A stretch of DNA of 63,855 nt, filler included, from Octopus bimaculoides (Eukaryota): the NCBI RefSeq assembly GCF_001194135.2. It is 4 parts of 4 records of this genome, joined end to end, with 100 filler letters (N's around TTAATTAATTAA, not from the genome) between each part and the next. Parts side by side here need not be neighbours in the genome. Positions count along the whole stretch, not along the records: positions 40,393 to 62,696 come from NC_068981.1; positions 62,797 to 63,855 come from NW_026330682.1; 2 more parts are not named here. One strand, 5' to 3'. The notes under the pieces are model-generated. The model made no database searches, was not told the origin of the DNA, and was given only the letters and a program-made list of their open reading frames with translations. This document shows, piece after piece, positions 61,331-63,855 of the stretch (positions are counted from its first letter, which is position 1; every line of letters begins with the position of its first letter). The position numbers and the translations under genes were made by a program.

Positions 61331-61783
61331 GTAGTATAAACTAAACCGAAAGTGAAAGTTAGAAATCTTTTCTGTCAGGCTGGAATATTGAGTGAAATGA
61401 AGCAATTTACCTGACCTCGCTAACTCAGACACTAACTCACTCACTCATCCAGTCGCACAATCATTCGCTACCTCACTCACACCATCACTGCCTTTCTTCC
61501 TTACTTTCTTCGTTTTCTTCTTTCTTCGTTTTCTTCTTTCTTGCCATCCTTATTTCTTGCTTACTTCGTCCCCTCCATCACACACTTGCTTTCACCCACT
61601 ATCTGTCATTTTCTCACTATGTTACTGAATCGTTCATTCGCTGATCGCATCAGGGAAATTCTTACATACACAGAGATATACATCCCATTCACGCATATAT
61701 AGACATACACTCTGATACACATGAGAATGCATATATATATATGTGTGTTTGTGTGTGTATGTATATGTTCCTCTCGCTCTTTC

Positions 61784-61799
<16 letters not shown>

Positions 61800-61820
<21 letters not shown>

Positions 61821-62250
61821 GTGTTGTGTGTATAAGTATGTGTCTGTATATATATATATATATATATGTAAAAACCTTTGTTCAGTGACTTGTGCTGTGC
61901 CAATGTTACGCCAAGCGAAATAAGACTTCTTGATATTCACGAAACTAACTACATTANNNNNNNNNNNNNNNNNNNNNNNNNNNNNNNNNNNNNNNNNNNN
62001 NNNNNNNNNNNNNNNNNNNNNNNNNNNNNNNNNNNNNNNNNNNNNNNNNNNNNNNNNNNNNNNNNNNNNNNNNNNNNNNNNNNNNNNNNNNNNNNNNNNN
62101 NNNNNNNNNNNNNNNNNNNNNNNNNNNNNNNNNNNNNNNNNNNNNNNNNNNNNNNNNNNNNNNNNNNNNNNNNNNNNNNNNNNNNNNNNNNNNNNNNNNN
62201 NNNNNNNNNNNNNNNNNNNNNNNNNNNNNNNNNNNNTATATATATATATT

Positions 62251-62283
<33 letters not shown>

Positions 62284-62295
62284 TTGTCTATATGT

Positions 62296-62326
<31 letters not shown>

Positions 62327-62459
62327 TTGTGTGTATAAGTATGTGTCTGTATATATATATATATATATATGTAAAAACCTTTGTTCAGTGACTTGTGCTG
62401 TGCCAATGTTACGCCAAGCGAAATAAGACTTCTTGATATTCACGAAACTAACTACATTA
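61800..62459. other. Duplicated contig ends across a gap (probable assembly artefact)
   Basis: The ~155 bp before the gap (ending ...gaaactaactacatta at 61956) recur after it (to ~62459). Confidence 0.8.
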
Positions 62460-62536
62460 AATTGTGCCAGTGACTATTGTGTGTAAGCTACGTGTCTATG
62501 TTTGGATGTATGCGTATATGTTCATACGTGTGTGAA

Positions 62537-62569
<33 letters not shown>

Positions 62570-62696
62570 CCGTATTCACGTATTCACGAACACATATACG
62601 CATTCATACATTACTGCTTACCTACGTTATTTGTATAGCCATACATAAGTACGAACATATATAGAATTACACATACAGACAAATTATATATATATA

Positions 62697-62796
62697 NNNN
62701 NNNNNNNNNNNNNNNNNNNNNNNNNNNNNNNNNNNNNNNNTTAATTAATTAANNNNNNNNNNNNNNNNNNNNNNNNNNNNNNNNNNNNNNNNNNNN
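62697..62796. other. Assembly gap marker: 44 N + TTAATTAATTAA + 44 N
   Basis: Third identical 100-bp structure; linker at 62741-62752. Confidence 0.95.
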
Positions 62797-63142
62797 GGGG
62801 GGGTGTTAGTATATCAATGTAAATATACATATGTATATATCAACTTAACTACGCACAGAAATATTTATACATATATGTATGCATATATGTATATATATAC
62901 ATGTATATATTATATGCATATATATATATGCATATATTCTATAGCATATATATAGCATATATATATTATAGTATATACATGTATATATATATATACATAA
63001 ACACACACACACATATACACATCTATAGGTATACTATATATTCTTATATAATGTATGCTCAGATGCACGTATATATGCACTTTCCTTACGGATTAAAAAT
63101 TTAGATTTGAATAACATGTGTACATGAATTATTCGGTGTGTG

Positions 63143-63202
<60 letters not shown>

Positions 63203-63231
63203 AACCCATGTATATATGTATATCAATATGC

Positions 63232-63265
<34 letters not shown>

Positions 63266-63855
63266 CATAAGTACATAGTACATACATACATGTATGTGTA
63301 TGTGTTTATGCTTGAGTGTGCGTCTATGTGAAGATAATAATATATATGGTTAAGCGTGTTTTCAACGTATTTAAATATTCTCTCGCAATTTTGCATAGGT
63401 TTTTATGGTGAGAGTTGATTTATGTGAAATATTTGGGATTAAATAGTTTTAGCGCTTCTGCAGTGCCACGTTCATTTCAACGTAGCGAAGATTTACGGAA
63501 AACTTTTGCGCGGGATTAATGTGCTTAGCAACGGAATACATGATGTGGTGACTGTAAATTAAAATAGTGAAAAATTCTCACCGAATAAAAGTTTCGAGCT
63601 GTAAAACATATAACAATGAGCATCCTGGTTATTTTCTCTGTGCTGAACAAAATATTTCGGTATCGTAATGTGCCATTAGCGTTTTGAAATTATTGACGTC
63701 ACTTATGGGAAACATGACTGTTATATTTTACCTCTAAGTTTCTAAATTTCTTCTTAATTCCACTTTCTGTTTATATGTATATTTACACACAAATATAGAC
63801 ACACACACACATGTATTATACACACACATACATACAGATATACATACTTACATAT

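Noticed and set aside
61800-62459. Apparent ~155-bp direct repeat
   Set aside because: The copies flank a gap and differ only in TA-run length; most likely an overlap or haplotype artefact.

Overview
Animal (eukaryotic) genomic DNA from a gapped draft scaffold. It is AT-rich, about 7.5 kb (~12%) is N, and it is packed with (TA)n, (CA)n, (GA)n and trinucleotide microsatellites. From memory, the SINE families match those of octopus genomes; this is an inference, not a database result. Most recognisable sequence is decayed mobile DNA: at least five short retroposon families; fragments of RTE, CR1/L2-like, R4/Dong-like and Penelope-like retroelements; a Ty3/gypsy integrase (D35E); Tc1/mariner-superfamily transposons (Hsmar1-like and irritans-like mariners, a DD37D maT element, two Tc1 copies, one internally deleted element); two non-autonomous Helitron-like elements; and several foldback/MITE-like inverted repeats. 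No intact transposase, RT, rRNA, functional tRNA, CRISPR array or prokaryotic system is supported. No host gene is recognisable by homology. The best leads are (1) a chain of phase-compatible, splice-site-bounded open frames at 36.8-40.0 kb that could encode an unrecognised membrane protein, though the main segment may be a decayed transposase; (2) several long hairpin-forming elements, one a perfect 35-bp inverted repeat inside a Helitron; and (3) a cluster of four diverged ~160-bp repeats at 6.8-9.2 kb. Several striking patterns are assembly artefacts: three TTAATTAATTAA six-frame-stop linkers in 100-bp gaps, and duplicated or misordered contig ends.
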